Source: a virus (Duplodnaviria; Caudoviricetes). Taken from it: a stretch of DNA of 59,451 nucleotides. The notes under the pieces are model-generated. The model made no database searches. It saw only the letters and a program-made list of their open reading frames with translations, and was not told the DNA's origin. The translations under genes were made by a program, and so were the position numbers. Position 1 is the first letter of the stretch. Every line of letters begins with the position of its first letter. The stretch spans positions 1 to 59,451 of the IMG/VR virus record IMGVR_UViG_3300035670_000233; one strand, 5' to 3'. Positions 34,006 through 44,065 of this stretch are shown here, piece by piece.

Positions 34006-36976
34006 CTTCGCCCCTATAGAATAGAGCAAACTCAGACCATTCGCCGGCCGGCATTTCAGAACTGACTACATTAGGCAAGGATCGCAACCGCCACATGTAG
34101 TAGTTATCCTCAACAAGAACTAGTCCATTCCTTTCTTCACTAGCCAAATGGTACTTATTCCCAGTGCTTGACCTAGTATTCTCCATGTACCCAAGGTACG
34201 AGTAGATTGGAACATCAGCAAACAATGCGTAGTATTGAACCATACTCACAGTGTGTGAACCACTGGGAGCAGAATAATCGAAGTTGAATACTCCGGTTAC
34301 GTAGTTGACATCGCCAACATCCACGCTACCATTATCAACTATATTGAGTCCGCTAGTGTGATATGTTCTAACCGTTTCTGTTTCGTCCTCTGTGATGGTT
34401 ACTACGAAGACCACACTATTTGTTTTGATATTAGTTCCAAGATCACCTTCGATATCGCCAGCATTAAGAGTGGGACTGCTAACAACTTCGGGTGAAGACT
34501 CGTACATTTCCAACTGAATTGTGCTATACTGATCCCATCCAGAATAGGTGAACTCTACAGTGTTGGAATTAATCTCTACTAGTTCACTCGGCCACTTGGC
34601 GATGGATGCTGGTCCAGCATTACCTTGATTACTTCCATCCCCGAACACGTCAATACCAAGAAATTCACGTTCCACTGTTGGTGTAGTGGCCGGAATCTCA
34701 AACAGTTGTAGGTTCATAAGTTCGTAGGGATAAGAATAAGGTAACCCACCACGACCAGATGATAGATAATCAATTTCACAGAGAAACCTACGATTTCTGA
34801 TAGACGTATCGAACACCTGAATAATCTGCTCATCTTCCGCTGGGATATCGATTTGTTCTGGATATTCGTAGACCTGACCACCTGTAAGGGCAGCACTGGT
34901 CTTTTCATACCCACCACTGTCTTCATGAAAAATCTTAACTGCACCACCCACACCAGTGCCGGCGGAAGCATCCAAGGTTGCATGGTCAAGCCGAATATTG
35001 GGAGCTTTGATTAAAATACCACCACCCGCTCCCTGACCACCGTTACCACCACTGTAAGGATACACGATTACAGCACAGTTGGGAGAAGAGATGTTCTGAT
35101 AGGCTGTACCACCAGACCCTCCAAGTCCAGTACCGCTAATACTGGTAGACCCACCAGCACCACCGGCACCAGCATCAGAAGCCGACGATGCAGCAGCGGT
35201 AGCATTGCCACCATTGCTCCCATTGCCGGAAGTGTTCCCTCCCTTAACATTGATTCTAGCAGTATTACCCCCGATACCCATAATTTCAACGGATGGGCGT
35301 GTTGGTGAGGTAGCCTTACCAGAGGCATACAGCCAGATAGCTGCACCACCATTTCCACCAGCCCCACCACCACCACCGCCAGCACCAACTGCTGAGGTAG
35401 GTAAGGAACCTGTATATACACCACCACTGCCGGCTCCACCTGATCCTCCAGATCCGCCAGATCCAATATAAAGAGTGTGGCTCTTTAAAGCTTCACGATT
35501 ATTAGCGCCAATAGCATTATATCCTGCATTAACCCCATGCTGCCTGTCTCGCAAAGTAAATTCATATGGAGCATAGACTCCACATCCACCACTGATCCAG
35601 TCTTGGATACTTGTAGTAGTAGGATCTCCACGATAGGGTCCCCAACCAACTGCGCCAATACCTCCAGAACCGCCATCGAATCCTGGGTACCCAGGATTTT
35701 GCTTGATTCCGGCTGTACCAACACCGCCCCAAACACCATTACCGGTACCTCGTGCGCCTGCTGCACCAACTAGATCATGTACATGGGCAAGGCTGCCGCC
35801 GCCACCACCGCCGCCATTGCCACCTGGGTATCCACGATTACTTCCCTCAATGGTACCGTAGATGAAGATATTGGTAGCGAAAATCACTAGCCAACCACCA
35901 GACTGATCCGTACTGGAGTACCCTTTGATGTAGATAGTTTCGTTGGTTCCAACTAAGAAGTCACCAATGTAGTTATGAACTCCGCAAATCGTGCTACCAT
36001 TGGCTGGGTGCCAAGCATTACCCCCGTGGCTACCGCCACCAGTTAGAGTGAAGTCCGATGCAGGAATGTTGGCATTGCCTATTTCGGTAGAAATAATCTT
36101 AGCCTGAATATCGTGGGAACTATTAACGTCCGTATAGGCCCAGCCAATACGTGGTGAAGTACCCTTCTTATCAACTAGGTTGAAGCGAATAACCTTGGCA
36201 TCACTAGCTGTGGAAATAATCTGAGGATTATGTTCTGCTAGAGCGCCAGGTTCAACACCGAGCAACTTAGTTGTCTCACTAATCTCACTATAGTCATTAA
36301 AGATTTCATCTTCATTAGAGTCGAACCAAGCATACCACCAAGTTTGACCAATTAGGTTAGCTTGAATTGGAATCTGGTAAGAAGGGCCGGCCGCCAGATT
36401 CGACACATCATACTCAGCCTCATAGATAGGCCACCCATACATAGCTTCTGAATCATAAGCCTCGAAGTGAATGGTTCCATCCTTTGATCTACCACTTGTA
36501 GGATAGTCCACCTGCAACAAAATGTTGCCTGGAAGGATTACTACGCCATCTTCCGTGGTGGTCCAGCTTGTAATCGTCACCCCGCCAAGAGTAATGGACT
36601 CGAACTCCCCATTACCAACATTCTGGAGGTCTTGGCCATTAGCATCAACTGGACATTGCCAATTGTACCATGGTGCGGTGCATTGATCAATTAGGCCGTC
36701 CAATAGCTCTTGGACTTGCTCACAGTCGTCGACTACCCCGTCTAAGTCCGTGTCATACACAGATTTCTGCATATAGACAGATCCATCCGTGACTAGTCCT
36801 GGATAGGCCGCATTAATCGCTGCGACGGCATCAGCATCACTGTAGATTTCTTCTTCCACGCCGGTTGGTTTGAATGTACCAGTATCTGAGTCGTAGGCTA
36901 CTGGTACATACGACCCAAAAGCTACACTAACCAACAAGAAAAACAGAACTACTAGTTTCATGTATTGCTCCTTCAT
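33998..36976 (-). CDS. Gly-rich tail fibre/adhesin-like protein with N-terminal signal-peptide-like sequence
   Basis: MKLVVLFFLLVSVAFGS (likely start 36961, GGAG RBS), MQKSVYDTDLDGVVD, long GGxGG region; located in tail module. Confidence 0.65.
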   Translation of the reverse strand: MKEQYMKLVVLFFLLVSVAFGSYVPVAYDSDTGTFKPTGVEEEIYSDADAVAAINAAYPGLVTDGSVYMQKSVYDTDLDGVVDDCEQVQELLDGLIDQCTAPWYNWQCPVDANGQDLQNVGNGEFESITLGGVTITSWTTTEDGVVILPGNILLQVDYPTSGRSKDGTIHFEAYDSEAMYGWPIYEAEYDVSNLAAGPSYQIPIQANLIGQTWWYAWFDSNEDEIFNDYSEISETTKLLGVEPGALAEHNPQIISTASDAKVIRFNLVDKKGTSPRIGWAYTDVNSSHDIQAKIISTEIGNANIPASDFTLTGGGSHGGNAWHPANGSTICGVHNYIGDFLVGTNETIYIKGYSSTDQSGGWLVIFATNIFIYGTIEGSNRGYPGGNGGGGGGGSLAHVHDLVGAAGARGTGNGVWGGVGTAGIKQNPGYPGFDGGSGGIGAVGWGPYRGDPTTTSIQDWISGGCGVYAPYEFTLRDRQHGVNAGYNAIGANNREALKSHTLYIGSGGSGGSGGAGSGGVYTGSLPTSAVGAGGGGGGAGGNGGAAIWLYASGKATSPTRPSVEIMGIGGNTARINVKGGNTSGNGSNGGNATAAASSASDAGAGGAGGSTSISGTGLGGSGGTAYQNISSPNCAVIVYPYSGGNGGQGAGGGILIKAPNIRLDHATLDASAGTGVGGAVKIFHEDSGGYEKTSAALTGGQVYEYPEQIDIPAEDEQIIQVFDTSIRNRRFLCEIDYLSSGRGGLPYSYPYELMNLQLFEIPATTPTVEREFLGIDVFGDGSNQGNAGPASIAKWPSELVEINSNTVEFTYSGWDQYSTIQLEMYESSPEVVSSPTLNAGDIEGDLGTNIKTNSVVFVVTITEDETETVRTYHTSGLNIVDNGSVDVGDVNYVTGVFNFDYSAPSGSHTVSMVQYYALFADVPIYSYLGYMENTRSSTGNKYHLASEERNGLVLVEDNYYMWRLRSLPNVVSSEMPAGEWSEFALFYRGEDE

Positions 36977-37221
36977 GGCGTTTTAAGTAATCCTCCCTCG
37001 AACTCAAGAGTAACTGGATCGCCGGTAGTTGGGTCTACGGCCACCACTTCAATGGTGCGCCCACTACCACCGCTCAGAATCGAGGCCACAACGGCATTGA
37101 CCAGATTCTGGAAAGTTATTTTCTTTGTGGTGGCCGTACCTGTCAGGTCAGTTACGCATACCAATAAGTCTCCCGCAGCGAGCGTGGAGGAACTTGGTAG
37201 TTCTGTTATCTTCTTTGCCAT
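36973..37221 (-). CDS. small tail-associated protein
   Basis: MAKKITELPSSSTL..GDLL...TKKITFQNL, typical fibre/decoration N-terminal motif. Confidence 0.6.
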   Translation of the reverse strand: MAKKITELPSSSTLAAGDLLVCVTDLTGTATTKKITFQNLVNAVVASILSGGSGRTIEVVAVDPTTGDPVTLEFEGGLLKTP

Positions 37222-37229
37222 GGTCTCTC

Positions 37230-37592
37230 CTATACTACGATTAGGTCAAGCTTGCCCTCAAATATCTCACAGTCTTCGCCATCGCGGATAGCCGCATACT
37301 CGGAAGGTGTAGTGATTATCCTCACGCTAAACGTGCGGCTTTTCCAGTCTCTGAAAGTAACTGTTACGTTAGCATGGGCCTCTATGAAAGTAATCAGGTC
37401 TTCCACGTTCTCTGCGCTGAGTCTATCGAAGACTAGAGTGAGTCTACGACCCACCGCGGTGTATTTGTAGGTATATACCTCGCCACGCATAGAGAATAAG
37501 TTGCGTGTTTTAGTATCCAATTCATCACCATCCCCCAAAATGGGATTTGGTAAATCAAGGATATCGAGTCCTACGGAAAGTCTAATGCTCAT
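37230..37592 (-). CDS. distal-tail-like protein (paralog B)
   Basis: LPNPILGD...GE...L.F..L...L.TFI, similar to 37582-38034. Confidence 0.6.
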   Translation of the reverse strand: MSIRLSVGLDILDLPNPILGDGDELDTKTRNLFSMRGEVYTYKYTAVGRRLTLVFDRLSAENVEDLITFIEAHANVTVTFRDWKSRTFSVRIITTPSEYAAIRDGEDCEIFEGKLDLIVV

Positions 37593-38034
37593 AATGCAGT
37601 TCTTCCGTGTTTTCCAGCAGGACGGATTCTTCTGTTTGGGTGAGTAGATTATACGTGGTTACTGCCAGTCCGGTATAATCAAGGATCTCAAATCCCACGT
37701 CGTATGAACAATCGTCGCGGCGGGTAACGATGTTGAAAGCCGGTGTTAAGATATAGCAGGTCGATTCTGCGCCAAGATGATCTATTAGGGTTAATTCCTT
37801 ACCTGCGGTATTGGTTAGGAAGGTCTGGAGTGCCGTTACTTTAGTTCCGATTAATCCTCTAAATTCAAACTTCCTAGTAGTAATCGGAACCCTACCTACC
37901 GGAATAGCTATACGGTACTCTCCCGCGCGCGTAGTTCTAACTATGGTCTTGTGGTCCCTAGTTAGGGTATTGCCTAACAGAGGATTAGGTAGCTCTATGC
38001 TGGTCGCTGGGTCGGTGCAGGTTAGGGTAATCAT
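37582..38034 (-). CDS. distal-tail-like protein (paralog A)
   Basis: Directly after tape measure; LPNPLLGN...GE...FEF.GL...LQTFL. Confidence 0.6.
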   Translation of the reverse strand: MITLTCTDPATSIELPNPLLGNTLTRDHKTIVRTTRAGEYRIAIPVGRVPITTRKFEFRGLIGTKVTALQTFLTNTAGKELTLIDHLGAESTCYILTPAFNIVTRRDDCSYDVGFEILDYTGLAVTTYNLLTQTEESVLLENTEELHYEH

Positions 38035-41000
38035 AATGTGAGTGTTCCGCGCCTAATTTCACGCTTAATCGCATGGCCGATTGCTACGGCGTCTACACTA
38101 GCTCGACCACTACTATTAAGAGAAATATTGATGTCCCCGACGTTGGTGGTCTTGGCTGAGCCACCAGAGTAGCGATTAGTATTCATAGCCACTAGTTGAC
38201 TGTAGAATCTCTTACTGGCAACGGCATTGACCACGAACTCACCTGGGCTAAGCAGAGTTGGGATAACATCCCTGCCGGATGGAATAATTCCACCGAGTGC
38301 TCGCTTCACGGGAATATCTGACGTTGAACTAAGATTTCTTACAAATTCTGCCGTCCTCTCGAACTCTTTACGAATTTCTGCCAGCATGATCAATGTAGAC
38401 TTTGTGACTTCCTTGGTAGCCTCGTCAACAGCTTTCGTCCCAAGTCCGACATCGACCTGCAGCCCCAACATTTCCTTATTAAGTTGTAGAATCTGATTCT
38501 TAGCTTCAGCTATCTGCTGTTCTAGTTTCTGCCTGGCTTCAGAGGATAGCGAAGCTGGAATCTGAGCTTCATTGAAAATCTCGTTCAGTTTTTTGTTCCA
38601 CTCATCCCAACCAAAAAGGTCCGTAATCCATGTTCCAACTCTAGCGAATTCTTCCGTTGGAGTAGACTCTCTCCACAATGTGCCCTGTCTTCCAGCGGCG
38701 ATGAGTCTTTCTCTCAGTAATTCCCAGCTCTTTAGGCGAGCCTCATCGGCGGCCAAACTAGCATTTGCGGCCTCTATTGATTTTTGCAACTTTTCGATAG
38801 CTTGCTGACCAGCCTCTAGTGGCAGGATTTTTTCGTCCTGTTCCATTCGACCAGAGATACGATCAATTACCAGTTGTTGCCAGCGATCCAAAGCAGCGGT
38901 GTCCACACCTGGAGTCAACGTCTCAAGCAAGCTCTTGTACTCACCAGATACCTTAGCCCACTCCTCAGCTACTTTGAGAATATCCTCACGCTTACCGCCT
39001 TTATCAAGAAGATCTTTTAGTTCTTCGTCTACCTTCTCGAAAGACTTGGAGTAAAGATCCAATTCCACTTCCTGCTTACGCGCAGTAGCTAGTTCAAGCT
39101 CTTTCTGTTTGCGTTCCTCGATTAAAGCCAACTCTTGTTCTCTGAGAGCAGCCCGTGCTTCGTCTTGAGCACGCTTCACAGACTTGATTAAATCGAATTC
39201 AGCTGACTTGATTACTCCGATGTCTTCCAGTTTCTTATCCAACTGCGCTTTTTCAAGTGCAGCGGCCTCGTCAAAGTCTTGGAGGGCAGCTTGGGCTTCC
39301 TTTAGCTCCTGATTCTTAGCATAGACAGCCTCGCGTCGGTCCTTGCCCCTAGTCTCCCTTGTAGTAGTAGCAATCTCTTCTTCGATCTTAGCTACCGCCC
39401 TAACTAATTCGCGCCTCTTAAGGGCATCTTCAGCTGCTTGCTTGCCAGCCTTACTCTGCAGGTCGGCTACTTCTTCTTCGTGTTTTAGGCGAATATCATT
39501 GATCTGCTTAAGAAGCGACTGAATTTCGTTTGTGGCCCCTATAATGCGTTCGGGAGTAGCATCTTCTTCATTTCTTACCCGCCGAAGTTCAGCAATCCTA
39601 CTAAGGATTAATTCAATTTGCTTCTGGGCATTATCAGCTCCAGCAAAAGTAAGGTCAAATTGAAGGTCGCGAACAACATCCTTTGATGAATCATTGAATT
39701 CTTTTATCTTGTCCAGAGATTTGTCAATTTCGGAGATACTGTTCTTAATTACATTTACGGTATTACGGAAGGCAGATTCGATATCTTCGGCCATCAGCCC
39801 AACATCAATCTTCGTACTTTCAATGCTCTTACTTAGAGCGGTATCCATCTGAGTGACTGCTCTGCGAGTAGCAGCAATCTCTCTACCAATAAGCTGAGAA
39901 AGGCTACTGGTTACCTTCAAAGCAGCGGCCGATCTAATTTCGGCCAGTCGCTTTGCGTGTTTTTCAGCTTCACGTTGCTGATTTTCCAGATCGTCGAATA
40001 CCTTAGACTGTGCCTTGTAGTATTCCCGCGTAATCGCAGTCAACGTAACGAAGGCCACTGACAGTGCTACTACCGCTGCTACGGCGGGATTACTAAGCAT
40101 CATCAACTGTCCAAGACGCAGGAATTGGCCTAGGCGATATAGTAGTCCCACTATAGCAGCGGCTGCCACTGGGGCCGCAGCCACCAGCGTATAGAGTGCG
40201 CCCTCTACCAATGGAATTCTACTTACAAAGAGTGAGATAGCCTGTACAGCATCTTGCCCTAGGTCCACAGTGAAGAATTGTTTTAATTCCTGTAGAGCAA
40301 TTCGATTCTTGATGCCCGCATTTTGCACCATGATGTCTACGGCAGTGGTAAATTCCTTGCTTGAATTCGTGATTAGGTCAAGAGCATTGGCTGCTTTTTC
40401 GCCACCCTCACCCATGAATACCATCGTACCGCTTACGCCGCGAATACGATTAATGTATTGATAGATTTCAGTAGACGATCCATTGGTGGCTTTCTCAATC
40501 TCTCGAATAACCCCGAGCAATCCGAGAGCCTTAACTGCTGCTTCACCTGACTCGAATCCTAGCGAACGTAGAAGTTCCTTAGTCTCATCCGTGGGCTGGA
40601 TGAGCTTAATCATAATGCCGCGTAGCTGTGTGGATGCTTCATTATACTTAATACCAGCGATTGTCATTTGAGACAACATCGCCAACACTTCCTGATAACT
40701 GGCACCCAGCTGACCGGCGATAACCGTGACGTTACCGATTGTGCTGGCTAGGTCTTGCAGTTGGAATCGTCCCAAGTCAACAGCCTTGAACAAAGCTCCA
40801 GAAATCTCTGCTGACTTCGACACTTCCAAATTGTAGGAATTGAGCACCGAAGATAGGAAATTGACCGCATCAATCTGTTTGCTGTTAGTAGCGATTGCTA
40901 GCTTATTGGCTTCCTCCATGAAGCCAATAATGTCAATGCCTTTGCCCATTTGGTTGGATAGAGCTTCATAGGCGGCAGAAGCGGTATCAAGAATATCGAA

Positions 41001-41672
41001 TCCAAATGAAGCTGAAACTCCCTGCAGGGCTTCGGCCCAGGCTCTAGTGCCAGAAACAGCATCTTGGGACAGTGTTTGGATTTGACCAATCTTGATTACT
41101 AGTTCATTGGCTTGAACGACACCTTCCCTAAATCCGCTGATTAAATCGGCTGCAAAGCGGTGGGCTATTTGTACGCCAAACAACCGCATCATTGATCGCC
41201 AGCTAAGGTGCAGTTCCTCACTGGCCGTCCTAGCCTGCTTGGTGCTGCTAGTGAGGCTATTTACAGTCTGGATAGCCTGCTTTGAACCTCCAAGAGCGGC
41301 CATTTGATTATTTAACTGCGCCACGCCTTGTGCGGCCAACATTGCGTTGGCTTTAACTGCCTGTAACTGGGCAATCTGCGCGCCGATCTGTTTTGGTGGA
41401 CCGGCGATCCCACCTGCCGCATCCAAGTTCTTTTGGCGGGTAAGCTCTGCCACCATTTGCCGTAGAGCATGAGCATTAGCAAGAGCTTGCTTTTCTTGAA
41501 TTTTAATTGCTGAATTGGTATTAAGAATCTCTGTCTGAGCCTTAGACAGAGCTTTGGTCATATTGTCATAGTGGACCGTGGCAGCATTTAGAGCCGCAGT
41601 TAGACTCCTAGAGTCCCCACGAATCTCTACGGTATCCCCTTCTTCAAAGGCGGGTATGAAAGGATTATTCAT
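38031..41672 (-). CDS. tail tape measure protein
   Basis: ~1210 aa helical; TP901-type core (AYEALS...LFKAVDLG...ASTQLRGIM), C-terminal ALGG...LSPGEFVVN; start moved to MNNPF (GGAG RBS). Confidence 0.92.
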   Translation of the reverse strand: MNNPFIPAFEEGDTVEIRGDSRSLTAALNAATVHYDNMTKALSKAQTEILNTNSAIKIQEKQALANAHALRQMVAELTRQKNLDAAGGIAGPPKQIGAQIAQLQAVKANAMLAAQGVAQLNNQMAALGGSKQAIQTVNSLTSSTKQARTASEELHLSWRSMMRLFGVQIAHRFAADLISGFREGVVQANELVIKIGQIQTLSQDAVSGTRAWAEALQGVSASFGFDILDTASAAYEALSNQMGKGIDIIGFMEEANKLAIATNSKQIDAVNFLSSVLNSYNLEVSKSAEISGALFKAVDLGRFQLQDLASTIGNVTVIAGQLGASYQEVLAMLSQMTIAGIKYNEASTQLRGIMIKLIQPTDETKELLRSLGFESGEAAVKALGLLGVIREIEKATNGSSTEIYQYINRIRGVSGTMVFMGEGGEKAANALDLITNSSKEFTTAVDIMVQNAGIKNRIALQELKQFFTVDLGQDAVQAISLFVSRIPLVEGALYTLVAAAPVAAAAIVGLLYRLGQFLRLGQLMMLSNPAVAAVVALSVAFVTLTAITREYYKAQSKVFDDLENQQREAEKHAKRLAEIRSAAALKVTSSLSQLIGREIAATRRAVTQMDTALSKSIESTKIDVGLMAEDIESAFRNTVNVIKNSISEIDKSLDKIKEFNDSSKDVVRDLQFDLTFAGADNAQKQIELILSRIAELRRVRNEEDATPERIIGATNEIQSLLKQINDIRLKHEEEVADLQSKAGKQAAEDALKRRELVRAVAKIEEEIATTTRETRGKDRREAVYAKNQELKEAQAALQDFDEAAALEKAQLDKKLEDIGVIKSAEFDLIKSVKRAQDEARAALREQELALIEERKQKELELATARKQEVELDLYSKSFEKVDEELKDLLDKGGKREDILKVAEEWAKVSGEYKSLLETLTPGVDTAALDRWQQLVIDRISGRMEQDEKILPLEAGQQAIEKLQKSIEAANASLAADEARLKSWELLRERLIAAGRQGTLWRESTPTEEFARVGTWITDLFGWDEWNKKLNEIFNEAQIPASLSSEARQKLEQQIAEAKNQILQLNKEMLGLQVDVGLGTKAVDEATKEVTKSTLIMLAEIRKEFERTAEFVRNLSSTSDIPVKRALGGIIPSGRDVIPTLLSPGEFVVNAVASKRFYSQLVAMNTNRYSGGSAKTTNVGDINISLNSSGRASVDAVAIGHAIKREIRRGTLTL

Positions 41673-42327
41673 CTTCAAATTCTCCACCGGCTCCAGTTGG
41701 GATGTGTAGTCCACCAAACATTTCTTGAGCTACTAAAGCAGGTACCGTACGCTTCAATTTACGCATTTCAGTTTTGAACTGCTTCATGAAAGTCTTATTA
41801 GCCCTGCCTAAGCTATCCATAATCTTAGGTGACTTCCAACTATTGGCAGACCATCTAGGGCTAACTATCCCAACTTCATGCAGAGCATGCTGTAAAGTAC
41901 CGATAGTAACTCTGAAGGTGAATACTGCTCGTTGTGGGCTACCGTAGTAGATTCCCATTTGCTTAGAGGCTAATAGGTAACGGCCAACAGCTAGTCCAGA
42001 GGAAATCGATTTTGTATCGTGATCAGGATCATGGAAGTTTTTGGCATACCAGATGCCTTCTTTTGTTCTAGCCCGCCTAACCTTGCCGGTTCCAATGTAT
42101 CCTTGCAAACCGGCCACTTTAAGAATCCTACCCATAGGCACCAGAGTACCGATAGACATGCCAGTATCTTCGTGGCAATCACGCATTAGAAGAAACATGG
42201 TCCGTAAGGCTTCGCGGGCACAGCGATCCCACGAAGCACTTACGGATGCATGGACGCGCTTGGTAATGCGTGGCCCCTTGTAGTGGGATCGCTTACCTTT
42301 TATTTCAATGGTGGCAAACTCAGACAT
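41665..42327 (-). CDS. basic hypothetical tail-module protein
   Basis: 220-aa ORF between chaperone and tape measure. Confidence 0.55.
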   Translation of the reverse strand: MSEFATIEIKGKRSHYKGPRITKRVHASVSASWDRCAREALRTMFLLMRDCHEDTGMSIGTLVPMGRILKVAGLQGYIGTGKVRRARTKEGIWYAKNFHDPDHDTKSISSGLAVGRYLLASKQMGIYYGSPQRAVFTFRVTIGTLQHALHEVGIVSPRWSANSWKSPKIMDSLGRANKTFMKQFKTEMRKLKRTVPALVAQEMFGGLHIPTGAGGEFEDE

Positions 42328-42527
42328 TCTTTTCTCAGCTTATCTTCTTCCCAGTCTCTAAGTTGCCCATAGGCTATGATGTTACACATCACCACGTCGT
42401 TATTCGTATCCCATTCGCTGCGCACACATGGGGGTAACACTCCCAGCCTCTCACACGCTCTCCATATCGCATACTTCATTGTCCTGAATGGTGGAAACTG
42501 GCGCGTCTCAGTCCCTCCACCATCCAC
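42300..42527 (-). CDS. tail assembly chaperone, frameshifted (T) portion
   Basis: Lies in the -1 frame just after the chaperone stop at AGT TTT TAA. Confidence 0.65.
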   Translation of the reverse strand: MDGGGTETRQFPPFRTMKYAIWRACERLGVLPPCVRSEWDTNNDVVMCNIIAYGQLRDWEEDKLRKECLSLPPLK

Positions 42528-42529
42528 GG

Positions 42530-43018
42530 TTAAAAACTTTGTAGAGCCGCCTCCATGTTATCGGGGGTTAGCCCATTCACTTGATTGATTGCTAACTGAA
42601 TCTTGTTTTGTTCAGCCTGAGTAAATCCGGCCTGAGTTAGTTCCTCTCGGAAGTTACCCCAGGTATCAGGATTATTCATGTCAACCGTTTCCCACTCCAG
42701 GTTCTCTGTAGCCTGTAGCGAGACTAATGAAATCCAGTTGGCCTTTTTAGTAGCCCAGGCATCAATGGCATCTTTGAACTTCGGATCGTCAAAGACTGCC
42801 ACTTTCTGCCCACTGGACATAATCCTGATGGGTGGCGTCGGCTGTGGGAGTAGCTTTGCCACAGCCGATTCATCCACCACTGCCTGCACCGTAATCTCGA
42901 CGAAGAATGGAACCTTCCTGCCAGTCGGTTTTCCCTCGACGATTTCCGGCTGTTCCCCTCGTGGGAACCGCAGGGTTTTCTTGTGCACAGCGTATAATTT
43001 TTGACCATTCAGCTTCAT
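42530..43018 (-). CDS. tail assembly chaperone (G)
   Basis: Follows major tail protein and ends in a slippery T-run. Confidence 0.7.
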   Translation of the reverse strand: MKLNGQKLYAVHKKTLRFPRGEQPEIVEGKPTGRKVPFFVEITVQAVVDESAVAKLLPQPTPPIRIMSSGQKVAVFDDPKFKDAIDAWATKKANWISLVSLQATENLEWETVDMNNPDTWGNFREELTQAGFTQAEQNKIQLAINQVNGLTPDNMEAALQSF

Positions 43019-43065
43019 GGTACTTTCCTTTTTGTATATCTCTAACTATAACTTATAGTTGATTG

Positions 43066-43596
43066 TTAAGACTGGGCTTGACGCGTCACGATTGCCTTCG
43101 TGGCATTGCACTTACCTGTGCAACTAATCGTGCCAGCACGCAGGTCATGAGACAGATCCTCATACCGGAAGTCCGGCAGAACAATCGTTTCCATGTCACC
43201 GCAGCCACTCGGACTCGGGACGTTCTCAAGCACAATGTCCACGGCGTAAGGACGACACGCGTCACTGTCCGTAGAAGTCCACCCAGCAGCCTGTCCAACC
43301 TGCTTCAATGCATCTTCGATGGAAGGCGGTGCATCGCTGGACAACGAAGACCCTTGAATATAGTCCCACTTAAAGTCGAAGCGGACATCCATAGGCTCTT
43401 CATCACCATTACGAACCTCGTCAAGAAGACCACGGTCCTTCATATACTCACGGGTCACCTTCTCCGACCACGTAAGATTACCCTCCCCGATCTTAATCTC
43501 CAACTCGTTAGCTGGAGTTGCTCCATCACGCACCTTAAGCGTGACATTCTTGAGGTCAATCTGTGCAAATGCAGTGATCCACGGCGTGCTATTCAT
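43066..43596 (-). CDS. major tail tube protein
   Basis: 176-aa beta-rich protein before the chaperones; N-terminal PWITAF leader. Confidence 0.75.
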   Translation of the reverse strand: MNSTPWITAFAQIDLKNVTLKVRDGATPANELEIKIGEGNLTWSEKVTREYMKDRGLLDEVRNGDEEPMDVRFDFKWDYIQGSSLSSDAPPSIEDALKQVGQAAGWTSTDSDACRPYAVDIVLENVPSPSGCGDMETIVLPDFRYEDLSHDLRAGTISCTGKCNATKAIVTRQAQS

Positions 43597-43597
43597 C

Positions 43598-44065
43598 TTA
43601 GTTTCCTTCGGCTAGTTCTACCTCGTACCCGAATTCTACAGTTGTATGTAGAATCCTTTCTGCAGTCCCTTGCTTACCATAGTCAGTTATACGTATAGGG
43701 CTACCGTCCCGATTTAGACAACCTAAATGGGCCGGCACTTGTTCTCCGTAGCTAAATAAAGGTATAGTCGTAGCTTTTGCAGCGATTATTCCTGACAGAG
43801 TGTGTACATGGTACAGGTCAACGGACTGTGCTACCTGTACTGGGCACTGAATCAGAACGTCTACTCCTACTGAGGCATACCATTCATCCCTAGTAGCTAC
43901 TTGGAAGATTGGACCAAGTATGCGTACCTCGTACACTGGAATCTTTAGATTCTCGAAATCACGAGGACGCTCATTTTCAATGATCATCTTAAAGGTGGCC
44001 GTCTCGGCACCCTTGAAATAATCATTGATAGATGCTTTAATCCATCTGTTCCAGTTGGGATTCAT
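43598..44065 (-). CDS. tail terminator-like protein
   Basis: 155 aa immediately upstream of tail tube; positional call. Confidence 0.55.
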   Translation of the reverse strand: MNPNWNRWIKASINDYFKGAETATFKMIIENERPRDFENLKIPVYEVRILGPIFQVATRDEWYASVGVDVLIQCPVQVAQSVDLYHVHTLSGIIAAKATTIPLFSYGEQVPAHLGCLNRDGSPIRITDYGKQGTAERILHTTVEFGYEVELAEGN

